Shown: one piece after another, positions 36,622 to 50,112 of the stretch
Numbering within the stretch: the stretch's first letter is position 1
Layout of the letters: each line of letters begins with the position of its first letter
From: Carcharhinus amblyrhynchos
Taxonomy: Eukaryota
NCBI GenBank assembly: GCA_965287045.1
Contig: OZ336899.1
Span: 19,034,001 to 19,098,000, forward strand
Direction: 5' to 3'
DNA length: 64,000 bases
Position numbers and translations under genes: made by a program
Notes under the pieces: model-generated
Databases searched by the model: none
What the model was told of the DNA's origin: nothing
What the model saw: only the letters and a program-made list of their open reading frames with translations

Positions 36622-37624
36622 CAAGTCAAAGGGAATTAGTCAAAGGGTAACAAATGCAAGGTCACAATTTTCCACCATGCAGGATATGTGCCAGTATCTG
36701 GCACATTGAACATCTGGCACAAGTATCATTCATGGGTTCACTATAAATACGCACTGTATTAAAGTGCACAAAAAAACTCTCTCCTAACCTAAAAGCATCT
36801 GTGGCCCGAATGAAACCCTTCTCTGCTACACAATGCTCTGATTCTATCCGATTACACAATTAAATCTTTTCTAATCAGAGGCTGGGAGGATAATGTGAAT
36901 GAATCGGATGTACAGTTCTCTTAGGGACCAGCAGTTGCTTTCCTCTCCTTTGATTCCTGCCCTTGTTTAAGCGATCAAGTTGCCACTGTCCACTCTCATG
37001 ACGTTCATCAGTGGTTCGTTGGCAAAGGATCGAGTCACGTGACCCCAGCCAGATGTTCCCCGCTAAATCCAGCCCGCTGTGTGTGCCTGCTGTTTACTGC
37101 AGCTGATTTCACTGAGCCAACTCTGGTCTAGCAAAATGCTTTAAATACAGTAGCTTATCAACTGAGAGTGGAGACAGTAGACCAAGGCCCGCACTTCCCC
37201 CTCAATTGGATGTTTAAGAACTCACGGCATTACTCCGACAATTAGCTGGGGCACTCTCCCTGGTGTCTTGGCCAACATTCATCCTTCAGTCAACAGATCA
37301 TTTTCATATTGATGTTTGTGGGGGTTTGCAGTGTGCAAATTGGCTGCCATGTTTCCTTTCTTCCAACTTCAAATACGTTGGGATGTCCAAAGGTGCTATA
37401 TAAATGCAATCTTTTCTCTTTTTTTCAAAACCCAGAACCTTTAGTGCCTTGTGTGACTTGACTTTATTACAATGTCTGATAAATACTGCAGGGTGTGATT
37501 TGCATTCCGATGAGGAAACATTCTTCCACACGCACTTACTCATCCCAAAATAGTCTGCCCAATTAACATAACTGCATGGTGCATGTACCTGTTATCACCA
37601 CCGTGCGACCCACTGCGGGCTGCC

Positions 37625-38030
37625 TGAACACAAGAAATAGGAGCAGGAATAGACCATATGGCACGTCGCGCCTGTTTGCCATTCAGTATGATCATGGCCG
37701 ATCTCGGGCTTCAACTCCACTTTCCCATCCACTCTCCACATCCCTCGATACCCCGAGAGACCAAAACTCTGCCTGTATCTCAGCCTTAAATTTATTCAAT
37801 GAAGGAATATTCAAAAACCCTCCAGATTTCAAAGATTCCTAACTACTCGGGTGAAGTAATTTTTCTTCCGTTTTAAATGGTTGTCCCTTTATCCTGATTC
37901 TGTGTCTCAGATTCCCCAGTCCAGAGAAAACAATCTCACAGCATCCACCCTATCAAACTCCTTCAGAATCTTACATCTTTCAATGAGATTGCCTTTCATT
38001 TGTCTAAACTGGTACAAGTATAATCCAACA
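37625..38030 (-). mobile_element. CR1 LINE 3' fragment
   Basis: caagaaataggagcaggaatagacc... with decayed ORF2 remnants (ttcagaatcttacatctttcaatgagattgcct). Confidence 0.7.
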
Positions 38031-39034
38031 TGGTGGCTGGTCCATCTAACATATTCTTCCCTGACTGAAGGAGAAAATAGCTATTAAAGAGAGTTCCACC
38101 TCCACCCCAAAACCATTGAATCTACTTGCACTGCTCACTTTCCATGATAACATAAGGTTACCTTTTGGGGGAAGAGGGTCTGCCTGATCCCTTCCTTATT
38201 TAGAAGTTTCTAAATGATCTATTTGAACACTTCACCAAAGTAGAAAATTTACCTCAGTGGGGACAGTATATTTGGCAGATATCCCTGCCCACTCCGCACT
38301 GATTGATTTTCTGCTGGGTAACAGGGGATGTGGAATGCACCTACCCAAATACTGCCCAAAAACTTAAATCTGTTTCTGTTGGTGGACCCAACTTAATCGT
38401 CCCATTAACAATTCAAACCCCACACCCCCCAGTCAACAACACAAACCCCCATTTCAGCAATTCTCTTCCTATGCCCCCACCCCCAACCCCAACTCAACAA
38501 CACTGTAATCCTATCCCACCCCAATTTTCACCCTGGAATCGCACAATGTTTGAGGTGTTAAATTGGGTCACCTCAGGCATTGGGTTAATATTTGTCAATG
38601 GATTTTTTTTCCCAATTCATAGGAGGCAGCACAACTCATGTTAATGAGACTCGGATTTGAAACATTGCAGGCATCTTTTACTCACTCCGATGGCTAATTG
38701 CCCACCTTGCCCCTTCCTTCCCCTCTAATGGCAAACTCCTAATTGGAAATTGCCAGGTATGTGACCTGAACCCAAGTGAGGGTCAGGGACAGTCAACTGG
38801 ATGGCCCATCACTACCGACACACAGACCAGGAAGAAGATCTAAGGTCAGGTAGGTCAAAAACTGATACAAGGGTAAACTCAACCACAACAGTTTGTTATC
38901 TAATACCTCTTGACTTGGTCAAATGTGCTGAGGTGCTTCACAGTGATTTTGTATCAAGGAGATACTGCCTGGGTTCAGGTCACACAGGCAGATACTGACA
39001 CCAAGACATGTAAGGAGATACTATTAGGTCAGAC

Positions 39035-39420
39035 TCTCTAGAGGTTAGAAGAGGAGGGGATCTAATTAAGGTACATAAGACGTTAAAGGGGATTGACAGG
39101 GTAGACATAGAGAGGATGATTCCTCTTGTAGGGCAAGAGGTCATAGTTTCTGGATAATGGGTAGCAGATTTAAAACCGAAATGAGGAGAAACTAATTCTC
39201 CCAAAAAGTGGTGAATCTGGAATTCGCAACCCTAGAGTGCGGTGGATGCCAGGACATTGAGTAAATTTAAGGAGGAGATAGACAGATTTGTAATTAGTAA
39301 TGGGTTGAAGGGTTATGGAGAATGAGCAGGAAAGTGGAGTTGAAGCAGTGATAAGATCAGACATGACTGTATTGAATAGCGGAGGAGCTGATTTGTCTAC
39401 TCCTATTCCTAGTTCTTATG
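39035..39420 (+). mobile_element. CR1 LINE 3' fragment
   Basis: gaggggatctaattaaggtacataagac (RGDLI.VHK), tail ctactcctattcctagttcttatg. Confidence 0.8.
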
Positions 39421-40934
39421 ACCGAAAGCTTGGCTTGAACAAGTGTTGTTAATAAGGCTGAGTGGGATAGAGAAGGGGAGTGGTTCAGGAAGAAAATTCT
39501 AGACCTAAGCAGTTGAAGGCACTGCTGCCACTGGTGGAGCCAAGAAAATCAGGCATGTGCATGGAGGTCAGAACAGGAGGAGCACAGAGGTCGCAGACAG
39601 GAGATTAGGGCAGGATGAGAATGTGGGGGAAATCGACCAAGGATGAAAATGATAAAGGCAAGGTGTCCTCGGACAGGAAGCCAATGTTCAGCAGAACAGG
39701 ACCTGGTGCGAGTCAGGATTTGGGAAGCAGAGTTTAATAGCGAGAAATGAAACTTAACTCTTCACATAGTGCCGGCTGGGTTTGTCTCAATTTGTGGGTT
39801 TCAGCATGAATAAGTTAACCCTGGTGTTTCAGGAACTCCCATTAAATTATGCTCAGGGCCAACACAAAGCTTTCGCTGATCAACTCGAAATCTCAAGTGA
39901 AATAATCAGAGAGGAAAAGAACAAGGATCAAACCTTCCCCCCAACTCAGTCAATTCACGGACGCCATAGCAACTACCTCCTTCCCAGAAGAAGCAGTGCT
40001 GCCCATTCATTTGATTTATGTGATGCTAAATTCAAAATATCCCATTGGCAGCTCAGGTTAACCCAGCTAGAGTGCACTCCTCTTAATATCCACAGAGGAC
40101 AACTCCCAGAAGCTGAGCGACGTTACCATTGATCTGATGTGGTCTGTGTTCTGTTCGCCACTTATTCAGCTGAATATAAACAAAAACGTCCCCTTAAAGG
40201 AGTGGCACCAATCGGGGAAAATATTGCATTGATTTCCAGGAGATTGGGAAGACGATTTCTCGAATGTGATAGTAACTACAGTGGTGTTTCTGTCGGCTGG
40301 CACTAACTGCGGGATGCTCGGACTAAAATCTTCAATAATCCCACACTGTTGCCTGTCCTGAATGTAAAGCTGAGGTAGCCTCAGCCACATATCTTCACTG
40401 ACAATGAACGTATGGCTGAGGGAAAGGGCCTAACACCAGGGTCACCAACTCCTCCAGGGATAGCCCGGAGGCTTCCAGGAGAAAGTTTACGGGAGCACTC
40501 CTTAAAAACAAAGGCCTGTATTTCTCCGAACAGTTGTTTGTGAATTATGAATTTGTTGGAAGATGGCTAAAATAACAGTTTTTGATGGACAGTCAAAAAT
40601 CATTGAATCTGCTAATTAGGAGGCTTTTTAATTTCCAGTTGGTTGGCTAGACATGATTGGCAACCAATGGCAGGGCAGCTAGAGGGAGGAAGTCCAGTGA
40701 TACAGTCGACTAGAATTGAGCACCTTAACTAACATAAAACTTACAAGCAAGTGTTAGCTGATCAAAGTATAGTGTGCCACAATGTGGCGCACAACCCCTT
40801 TTTAAAAAATCCCACGCAAGTATTGCCTCAATGCAAACCACCCCCCATCCCCCTCCCACACCGGACCATCTACCTTTTGTTCTTAAAGTTGCTATTTTCT
40901 TACGGCTAAACTTTAATATTTAACACATTCTCCC

Positions 40935-41045
40935 TCCCTTCAGTCCTGATGAAGAACCAAAAGGCCTTTAAATGTTAACTCTGCTTTCTGTCCTTACAGA
41001 TGCTGCTAGGCCTGCTGTGTATTTCCAACATTCTCTGTTCTCATT
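40935..41045 (+). mobile_element. Penelope-like terminus (family 2) with decayed hammerhead motif
   Basis: gtcCTGATGAagaacc...taaatgttaactctgctttctgtccttacagatgctgctaggcctgctg. The GAAA half of the core is lost. Confidence 0.5.
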
Positions 41046-41064
41046 CCTAACAGCTCCTAATCTT

Positions 41065-41640
41065 TCTTTTTATTCATTAATGGGACCTGGGCTTCGTTGG
41101 CTGGCCAACATTTATTGCCCCTCCCTAGTTGCTTGTGGGCAGTTGACAGTCAACCACATTGCTGTGGCTCTGGAGTCACATGTAGGCCAGACTGGGTAAG
41201 GACGGCAGATTTCCTTCCCTACAGGACATTAGTGAACCAGATGGGTTTTTCTGACAATTGACAATGGTTTCATGGTTATCAGTAGATTCTTAATTCCAGA
41301 TTTTTGTTTTTAACTGAATTCAAATTCCACCATCTGCCATGGCAGGATTCGAACCCAGGTCCCCTGAACACCAGCTGAGCTTCTGGATTACTCAGAGGGT
41401 GAGGACGGTCTGGAATGCACTGCCTGGAAGGATGGTGGAGGCGAGATGCCTCACATTCTTTAAAAAGTATCTGGATGAGCACTTGGCGCACCGGAACATT
41501 CATTATGGGCCAAGTGCTGGCGAGTGGGATTAGGTGGGCAGGGTGCATCAGTGCAGGCTTGATGGGCCGAAGGGCCTCTTCTGCACTGCAGGATTCTGTG
41601 ATTAATATTCTAGCAAAAATACCACTAGGCCATTGCCTCC
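41065..41640 (-). mobile_element. tRNA SINE family 2 with a CR1 3' fragment (~41391-41600, +) inserted
   Basis: The SINE motif ttctggatta|atattctagc is split by ctcagagggtgaggacggtctggaatgcactgcc...ctgcactgcaggattctgtg. Confidence 0.8.
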
Positions 41641-42085
41641 CCTCTGACTGCAGGGACTTCAGGTAAGGGGTAGGATTGGGGCTAGCTCTGATTGGTCACT
41701 AGTAAAGATCCTTCAGGTGTTTCACACCTAGGCCTAACTGTGAGGAACAGACCTTCCAGCAAGTTACCAGACAGCAGCCAATAACCACTGAGTGAGAAGG
41801 AGAAGGTGCAGAAAATACTAAATAAGTTCACCTCAATTCTCGATGAATTTTTGCGCAAACAGGGGTTAACCTATCTTTTAGATGCTGACAGGCCTTCTGT
41901 TTATCCTGTCATTTTCTATTTTTATTTTATATTGTCTGTATTCATGACTTTATCTGTCTCTGGTGTTCTGAATTTACGGTTAAAATGATCGGAATTGCGA
42001 CAAGGGAGCGTGTTTTCCCACTTGAATTCCCTCAGATGTCACTGAGCTATGAATGGTTCTCGGGAGCCTTGGCCAGAGTGGGAAA

Positions 42086-42393
42086 CAGAATCAAAGAATC
42101 CTTACAGTGCAGAAGGAGGCCATTCAGCCCATCGAGACTGTGCTGACAACAATTGCACACAGGACCTATCTTCGTAACCCCAGCTATTTACCCTGCTAAT
42201 CCTCCTGACACTAAGGGGCAATTTATCATGGCCAATCCTCCTAACCCGCACATCTTTGGATTGTGGGAGGAAACTAGAGCACCCAGAGGAAACCCACACA
42301 GACATGGGGAGAACGTGCGGACTCCACACAGACAGTGGCCTAAGGCCGGAATTGAACCCAGGTCCCTGGTGCTGTGAGGCAGCAGTATTTACC
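42086..42393 (-). mobile_element. HE1-like V-SINE, tail A
   Basis: Reverse complement of the consensus. Confidence 0.87.
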
Positions 42394-42609
42394 AAAGTCA
42401 GTTAGCCATTCTCAAAGCCCCAATTGTAACCTCATCCCCTTTAAGAAAATTTGCTTTGCTGACCTTGGTGTTGTGTCCTTAGCACCTCAGGAAGGGCACG
42501 GCAAACACAGAGTGCCATGGGTGAATTCTGTGAAGCTCGCTGCCCACGGTTACAGGTTGAAGTGTCAGGTCCAGCATCTGTTCTGCTAATGTTATTTTCC
42601 TTGCTTCCT

Positions 42610-43420
42610 GCAATCTGATTCCTCAAGATCCACCAGCTTTTTGATATCTTGCCCAAATGGCTGTCGATCTTGCTATCGCAGTCCTCTCCCAAATAATCGC
42701 CCACCTTGCCACCTCCATCGACTTGAGCTCCTCCAAATCTCTGCAGCCCACATCCTGATTCTGGTTCCAATATCTTTGTGTTCACTGATTTACACTGGTT
42801 CCCAGACAGGCAAGATCTCGATTTAAAAATAAAATTCAAATTGGTCCTCACTGCCACCCCCCCACCTCCTCCCCCACTTCTTTCTCTGTAACCTGCTCCA
42901 GCCCCTCAACCCTCCCCCACTGCCATCTCTGTAACCTGCTCCAGCCCCACTACTCTCCCCCACTGCCATCTCTGTAACCTGCTCCAGCCCCACTACTCTC
43001 CCCCACTGCCATCTCTGTAACCTGCTCCAGCCCCACTACTCTCCCCCACTGCCATCTCTGTAACCTGCTCCAGCCCCACTACTCTCCCCCACTGCCAACT
43101 CTGTAACCTGCTCCAGCCCCACAACCTTCCCCCACTTCCATCTCTGCAACCTGCTCCAGCCCCACAACCCTCCCCCACTTCCAACTCTGTAACCTGCTCC
43201 AGCCCCACAACCTTCCCGAGATCTCTGCACTCCTCCAATTCTGGATTCTCATTCTGACTCTCATTCCACCATTGACAGATGTGCCTTCAGCTGCCTGGGC
43301 CCTGCCAGAGCCTTAGGTTAGGCAACTCTCTCCCTTCACTCCCCTGTCTTCCTAATCCTGTCTCTTTCTTTAAGATGCTCTGTAAACGTGCCTCTTTGAC
43401 CAAGCTTTTGGCCATCGGTC
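42610..43420 (+). mobile_element. Old L2-like LINE 3' region
   Basis: gatttacactggttcccaga (DLHWFP, cf. L2 LHWLP), ctctgtaacctgctccagccc (LCNLLQP), gccttcagctgcctgggccct, ctctttgaccaagcttttggcc. Confidence 0.6.
42881..43217 (+). repeat. Minisatellite, 8 copies of a 42-43 bp unit
   Basis: Unit ccatctctgtaacctgctccagccccactactctcccccactg; central copies identical. Confidence 0.95.
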
Positions 43421-43647
43421 CTTAAGTCTCCTTACATGACCAGGTGTGAAGTTCTTTGAGATGTTTCACTGTATGTGTGTGTGTGTTGTTGCTAATCTGA
43501 GGGAGGGTGGGTGGTGGCACTGATTATCCCATCGAAGGGAGCCCTATCCAAGGCAATAGGGAAAGAGCAGGGGAGTGAGACTAACCAAATAATTGGCCCA
43601 AAAGGCCCGCAAAGATATGAAGGGCCATACAGCTTCTGTGCTGTAGA

Positions 43648-44225
43648 GGGCAGCACAATGGTTAGCACTGCTGCCTCACAGCGCCGAGGACCCAGGTTCG
43701 ATTCCCAGCTTGGGTCACTGTCTGTGCAGAGTCTGCACGTCCTCCCCATGTCTGAGTGGGTTTCCTCCGGGTGCTCCGATTTCCTCCCAAAGTCCAAAAG
43801 ATGTACTGGTTAAGTGCATTGGCCATGCTAAATTCTCGTTCAGTGTATCCAAACAGGCACAGGAGTGTGGTGACTAGGGGATTTTCACGGTAACTTCATT
43901 GCAGTGTTAATGTAAGCCTACTTGTGACACTAATAAACAAATAAACTTAAAGCATGTTCTCCTCTGGGTGGTCCAGTTTCCTGCCACTGTCCAACGATGT
44001 GCAGGTTAGGTGAACTGACCATGCTAAATATGCAGGGTGATAGGGATAGGGTGGCAGGGAGGACCTGGATGAGAAGCTCTCTTGGGAGAGTTGGTGCAGA
44101 CTTGTTGTGCGGGGTGATGGGGATAGGGTGGAGGGGAGGGCCTGGGTGGGATGCTGTCTCAGAGAGTCAGAGCAAAGTCAATGGGCAGGATGGCCTCTTT
44201 CTGCTCTGTAGCGATTCTATGGTTC
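43648..44225 (+). mobile_element. HE1 V-SINE tail B (43648-43950) followed by an older tail-A type fragment (43952-44225)
   Basis: Full tail-B copy, then gcatgttctcc...gatgtgcaggttagg...gctctgtagcgattctatg. Confidence 0.8.
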
Positions 44226-45325
44226 TAATATTCAATGATTCCACACCTCGGAAGAATGAAGAGCTGCTGGCACATCCCAACCCAACAGGAATTAACACCT
44301 TTAGCGAAAGGTAGGCAGGAGAGGAGATTGGAAAATATATTTTCACAACTTCATCTTAACACCTTTTAGCTCAGCAACTGTGGCTCACGAAACAAATTCC
44401 ATTTACATTTCTTCATTAAAACATGAGAAAATATCCAACACTGTTGAGCACATCATGTACCTTCCTGCTCTCAATCATTCAAAATTAGGGGAAAGAAACT
44501 GGATGGACCTATCAAGCGAGCATATTGAATGAACAAACAGAAATACGCCCTTCAGGCTATCTGCTCCCTTCTGCTGATTTTGAAATCCGAAGCTTCTCAT
44601 CATTCACCCTCGATTAAACTTCACGTTCTTTCCCCGTGTTATTGTCACATTTGCTAACAGCCTGCATTATAGAGCTGGGCAAAGGCTTTGTTTTGGAAGA
44701 AATAGCTGCTTCACACAGGGTAAATGCCTGGACCTTATCGCTGATTGCCAACACAGTAGTTCCCAACCGTAGTCAGGCACTGTGAAAACGCCCCAATTCG
44801 AGGAGGTTTACCCAGGTTTACGTAGGATACATTGCACAGGAATGGTGCTGCACTCCAGCCTCCTCCCATCTTCCCTCACCAAATCCACCATCGTGACCCT
44901 CAAATGGCAGAGCAGACTCGATGGGCCGAATGGCCTAATTCAGTTCCCCTATCTTATGAACTTATGTTTCCTTTCTCCCTACCTGCTTGTTTAGTTTCCC
45001 CTTAACTGAATCACAGGATTGTTATGGTATGGAAGGGAGACCATTCAGCCCATCATGTCTGCACCAGCTCTCCAAATGAGCATTATGACTTTGTGCCATT
45101 TTTCCTGCCTTTTCCCCACACTCCTGCACATTGTTCCCATTCAAATCATCTAATGCCCTCTTGAATGTCTTGATTGAACCTGCCTCTGCTACAACCTCCA
45201 TTTGTGCTGTAATTAAACTGCATTGTTCGGGTCCTTCATAATCAACCTCTGAATGATAAAGGTAAAGTAACATGATGGTATCAGGGAACCTCACATTCAG
45301 CAGCTCCTGCACACTTACAGACCGT

Positions 45326-46124
45326 ACCCTGCAGATCAACTCCAATGATGAGACAGAGTACAGGAAAGAGATAGAGAATCTGGTGAACTGCTGTGACGAC
45401 AATAATCTCTCCTTCAATGTCAACAAAATGAAGGAGATTGTCATTGATTTCAGGAAGCATAGCGGCGAACAAGCCCCTGTCTACATCAATGGGGATGAAG
45501 TTAAAATGGTCGAGCTTCATGTTTTCAGGTGTCCAGATCACCAACAACTTGTACCCCATGCTGACATCAATATCTCTGCTTTCTCAGAAGACTAAGGAAA
45601 TTTGGCATGTCAGCTACAACTCTCACCAACTTTTACAGATGCACCATAGAAAGCATTCTTTCTGGTTGTATCATAGCTTGGTATGGCTCCTGCTCTGCCC
45701 AAGATTGCAAGAAACTACAAAGAATCGTGAATGTAACCCAATCCATCACGCAAACCAGCCTCCCATCCATTGACCCTGTCTACACTTCCTGCTGCCTCAG
45801 CAAAGCAGCCAGCATAATTAATGGCCCCATGCACCCTGGATATTCTCTCTTCCACCTTCTTCCATCGGGAAAAAGATACAAAGATCTGCGGTTACGTACC
45901 AACCGACTCAACAAAAGCTTCTTCCTTGCTGCTGTCAGACTTTTGAATGGACCTACTTCACACTAAATTGATCTTTACACCCTAGCTACGTTTAAAACTA
46001 TATTCTGCACCCTCTCCTTTCCTTCTCCATGAACGGTATGCTTTGAATAGCATGCAAGAAACAATACTTTTCACTGTATGCTAATACACATGACAATAAA
46101 TCAAATCAAATCAAATCAAATCAA
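45326..46124 (+). mobile_element. Rex1/Babar-like non-LTR retrotransposon, 5'-truncated
   Basis: ORFs 45272..45595 and 45607..45966: NDETEYRKEIENLVNCCDDNNLSFNVNKMKEIVIDFRK and FYRCTIESILSGCIIAWYG...LQRIV...LLPSGKRY...RLNKSFFLAAVRLLN. (AAATC)n tail. Confidence 0.85.
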
Positions 46125-46797
46125 AGTCTGACCCCCTTGTTTGTGGACTGAATCCAGTGTCGGGTGAAGAGCAGCTATTGGGGAATGGTGGCTTTATACC
46201 TCATGATTTCCCAACCCTGTGAGTCTTATGATTGTCAGAGAGTCACCTCCTCCAATGGTATGGAACTCATTGGTGCTGAGGGGTCATTGATTGGTTCTCT
46301 GTGATTATCTGTATTACAACCACACAATGATAGAACTTCAACGTTTGCAAAGTGCTTTGTGATGTCCTGCGGTTATGAAAAGATGTAATGTAAAGCTTTC
46401 TGGCGACCTATCATATTCTTTTTCAAATTCTGTGTATTTATTGCCTTTATTTAATTTATAAGTTCTGTTTTTTAATTCCTTGTGATAGGATCTTGTCCGT
46501 AGCTGCTGGCAGTTAAAGAAACAAGATCGGAAGAAATGCTGTACAAGGATATATATTATATATATGTACATTCATCCTGACTCTCAGCTGGTTGTGGACC
46601 TGGCTTGTGATCTGCATATTTTGTCCATATTTTTCTGCACCACTTCCTGTTATCTGTTCTGCCCATCAAAATATTTTTTTTTAAAGAACAAGTACAGCTG
46701 TGGATCCAGGAACTGGGACACTTCCAGTAATGTTATTCCGTTAGGTAGCAAGCAATGTCCTGGCAGAGGTTACCAAGAATGATACTGATGTACTTAC

Positions 46798-46856
46798 TCT
46801 TTTACAAAGTTATTCAGCTGCATCCTGACAGATCTCTGAGCTTGATCGGAGAGAAT
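46798..46856 (-). CDS. ACAP3: ACAP3 internal exon (probable exon 5, 59 nt), ILSDQAQRSVRMQLNNFVK(E)
   Basis: Minus strand reads ttttctcgttgcag|ATTCTCTCC...GTAAAAGA|gtaagt. The peptide matches the ACAP3 BAR segment, and the phase-2 end joins the next exon to give GAA (Glu). Confidence 0.93.
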
Positions 46857-47213
46857 CTGCAACGAGAAAACAGATAACCGTTACCATCTGGGTTTTTAAC
46901 CGCAACAGCATCTTCTTTCTCTCTTATAATGAGGACCACCTCGCGAGTTTAACCTGAAGGGGTGACCTTGTGATCTGGTACTCCAGCAGCGCACAGATCT
47001 CAGGAAACAAGGCACTGTGTGTGCCAGTCTTCTCCCGAGATACGCTTCCCGAGTGTCACTCCCCTCTGTGCATGCCCGGAGTTCCTCTTATATAACTCCA
47101 AACTCTGCATTTGACAGACAGTATGATCACAGGACTAGCTGCCACAGGTTTTAAGTTTATTGAGTGAGATTAGAAAAGATTTGTTTTCCTTGTCCTGCTC
47201 CTACATTTTCCAG

Positions 47214-47381
47214 GGGGGATGTAAGGGTTAGGTTGATTGGCTATGCTAAATTGCCTCTTAGTGTCAGGAGGATTAGCAGGGTAAATACGTGGGATTACAG
47301 GAATAGGGCCTGGATAGGATTGTGTTTGGTGCAGACCCGATGGGCCAAAGGGCCTCCTCCTGTACTGTAGGGATTCTATGA
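47214..47381 (+). mobile_element. HE1-like V-SINE 3' fragment, tail A
   Basis: gggttaggttgattggctatgctaaattgcc...ctgtagggattctatgat. Confidence 0.8.
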
Positions 47382-47720
47382 TCCAGCTGCTGTTTTCCTG
47401 TGACAAAACACACCACATGGCCGGGGGGGGGGGGGGGCGGGGTCATGGTTGGTGGGACCGGAAGATCCCACTGCACAAGTGGCAGAAAAATCCCATCCGA
47501 TAACTCCACTCTTGCCACGCTGGCTGTGGTAAAGCTAAGCCTGTGTTGCACAGGGATCAAACCCAGATGCTTCCAAGTCTAAGGGGCAGGTCATTTAGCA
47601 CTGAGATAAGGAGGGGTTTTTTATTCATGAGGGTGGTGAATCTTTGAAATTCCCTCCCCCAGAGGGCTGTGAAAGTTCAGTTGTTGAGTATGTTCAAGAC
47701 TGAGATCGATAGATTTCTAT

Positions 47721-48514
47721 TGTGACATTAGTGTACCTTGAGCAAGTTTTTTTTAAATCATGCACTCTGCAATTGCAAGCAAACTTTTTCAGTTTGTTTT
47801 TCTCATTGTTGCTGGGCTGTCTACGAGAGCCTTTTTACTGCTGCTTAAATGGGGGTTTGTTCATTTTTACTGGGATGTTTCTGACTCCGCATTGTTAGGA
47901 GAAAAAATGGGTGGCAGGTCAGGTGATAGGAGTTTTCTTTTATTTTCAGGTTGGAGCTGCAGGTTTGAGTTTTAGTTTTAGAAGGGGTACCAAGCTAAAA
48001 AGATGTCTCTCTCTTTTCCTGGTTTGGGAAATTCTGCTGGTTAGCTGAAAGCAAGGTCTTGCCTTTCTGAAGGGGGAGAAATCGGCTGTTGGTGGCTAAA
48101 ATCTTTGGTGTTTTGAGAAGCTGTTCTGACTTCAAACTGTTCTAAGTCTGTCCAGACTTCATCTAAAGGTCACAAATCCAGTATCTCGTGAGCATTAAAC
48201 GTTGCTGTGTTAAACCTGTGGAAAGGGTTTTGTCTATGGCAAGGCTTTTGTTAGATTGGAACATTTTAGATATATTGTTGAGGGTTAAACATTATCCTGG
48301 TTATTTTGTGTTGTTTGTAATTGAAAGAAATTATTGCTAATTTTCTTTCCATACAAATTAACTATATTCTTAAATAAGCTTTGTTTGATAAAAGCTCCCT
48401 TGTGGGTCATTTGAATCATACCTGAAGTAAAACCTATCATGCCTATTCTAGCCAAATTCAAGAAGCAAAACTTATGATCCAGGTGGGCTCCATAAAACCC
48501 TTTGAACCATAACA
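47721..48514. mobile_element. Probable solo LTR (794 bp) splitting a CR1 3' fragment
   Basis: TGTGAC...ATAACA termini. CR1 sequence at 47610-47720 (gttcaagactgagatcgatagatttct) resumes collinearly at 48515-48640. Flanks ctat/ctgc give only a degenerate TSD. Confidence 0.6.
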
Positions 48515-49515
48515 CTGCATATTAAAAGCATCAGGGACAAGGCAGGAAAATGGTGTTCGAGTCGAAGGTCAGCCACGATTGAATTAACTGGTGGAGTTGG
48601 TTTGAAGGGCTGAATGGCCTACTGCTCCTATTTCTTATGTGTTTCCATTGCCCACAACATGTGGTACAGTATACAGCAGGTGGCACACTCATCCATTAGC
48701 AACTTCAAGGCAGCTCACTTGTTTAATTCATGAGGCTACATAATGATGCTGCCAAGATCACACCCTTCCCCACTGAGTGCCCATGATGATGCTGCAGTTC
48801 CCCAACCCACTTTCTCATGAGGCAAAACCCCACTCTCGCTGCTCCATGATTGGTTAGAACAAAGAATAAAAGAACAAAGAAAATTACAGCACAGGAACAG
48901 GCCCTTTGGCCCTCTAAGTCTGCACCAATTATGCTGCCCATCTGAATTAAAACCCCCTCCCCTTCCAGGAACCATATCCCTCTATTGCCATCCCATTCAT
49001 GTATTCGTTAAGTTGCCCCTTAAAAGTCATTATCATATCTGCTTCCATGACTTCCCCCGGCAGCGAGTTCCAGGCACCCACAACCACCCCCAAGGTGACC
49101 TTGAAGTCACCTCATCCCTTTCTGTGTCCTCTAACTTGTGTCAATCAACAAGAAATTGAACTCAGGCTGTCAAAAGTGGCGACACACAAGGAACAATAAG
49201 GCCTCCTTGGATTTTGGCCAGACTTGGAGTTTATTATTATAAATCCAAATATTCAGTTATATGTAAAACACAACAGAATGAATCACTATGTCAGTGTTTA
49301 AAGCAATCATTTTCCTAAGCTTATTAAAGTGGTGGCCAAGGTACCACATTCTCAGGAACCTTTGAATCTAGATGGCGTCTCTTCATCCTCCACAGTTAAC
49401 CCAAACACCAAACACTCATTTTAATGTTGTGCACTATATCCCTCCAATATATATGTACCCTCCCCAGACTCTCTGCACAGCAGAGAATGTCTATTTCCAC
49501 TGCAAGAGCCAGGTA

Positions 49516-50112
49516 CTTTTTTTTACTCATTTGTGGGACATGGGCGTTGCTGGCTGGCCAGCATTTATTGCCCATCCCTAGTTGCCCTTGAGAAGATGGT
49601 GGTCAGCCACCTTTTTGAATTGCTGCAGTCCACGCGCTGTGGGTTGATCCACAATGCCATTAGGGAGAGAGTTCCAGGATTTTATCCCAGTGACTGCAGA
49701 GGAATGACGATATATTTCTAAGTCAGGATGGTGAGTGGCTTGGAGAGGAACTTGCAGGTGGTAGTGTTCCCACGTGTCTGTTATCTTTGTCCTGCTAGAT
49801 GGAAGTGGTGGTAGGTTTGGAAGGTGCTGTCTAAGAGTCTTTGGTGAATTGCTGCAGTGCATCTTGTAGATAGTACACACTACTGCTACTGAGCGTCAAT
49901 GGTGGAGGGAGTAGATGTTTGTGGGTGTGGTGCCAATCAAACGGGCTGCTTTGGCCTGGATGGTGTCAAGCTTCTTGAGTGTTGTTGGAGCTGCACCCAT
50001 CCAGGCAAGTGGGGACATTCCATCACACTCCTGGCTTGTGCGTTATAGGTGGTGGAGAGGCTTTGGGGAGTCAGAAGGTGAATTACTCACCACAGTATTC
50101 CTAGCCTCTGAC
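49516..50112 (-). mobile_element. CR1/L2-superfamily LINE 3' fragment (partner of SINE family 2)
   Basis: Minus strand reads SPLAWMGAAPTTLKKLDTIQAKAARLIG, and ORF 49578..49880 CTIYKMHCSNSPKTLRQHL...KSWNSLPNGIV. 3' end gggatgggcaataaatgctggccagcc. Confidence 0.8.

Noticed and set aside
42881-43217. CRISPR-like array or repetitive proteins (ORFs 42993-43264)
   Set aside because: Contiguous tandem units without unique spacers, no cas genes, eukaryotic context. The ORFs are minisatellite artefacts.
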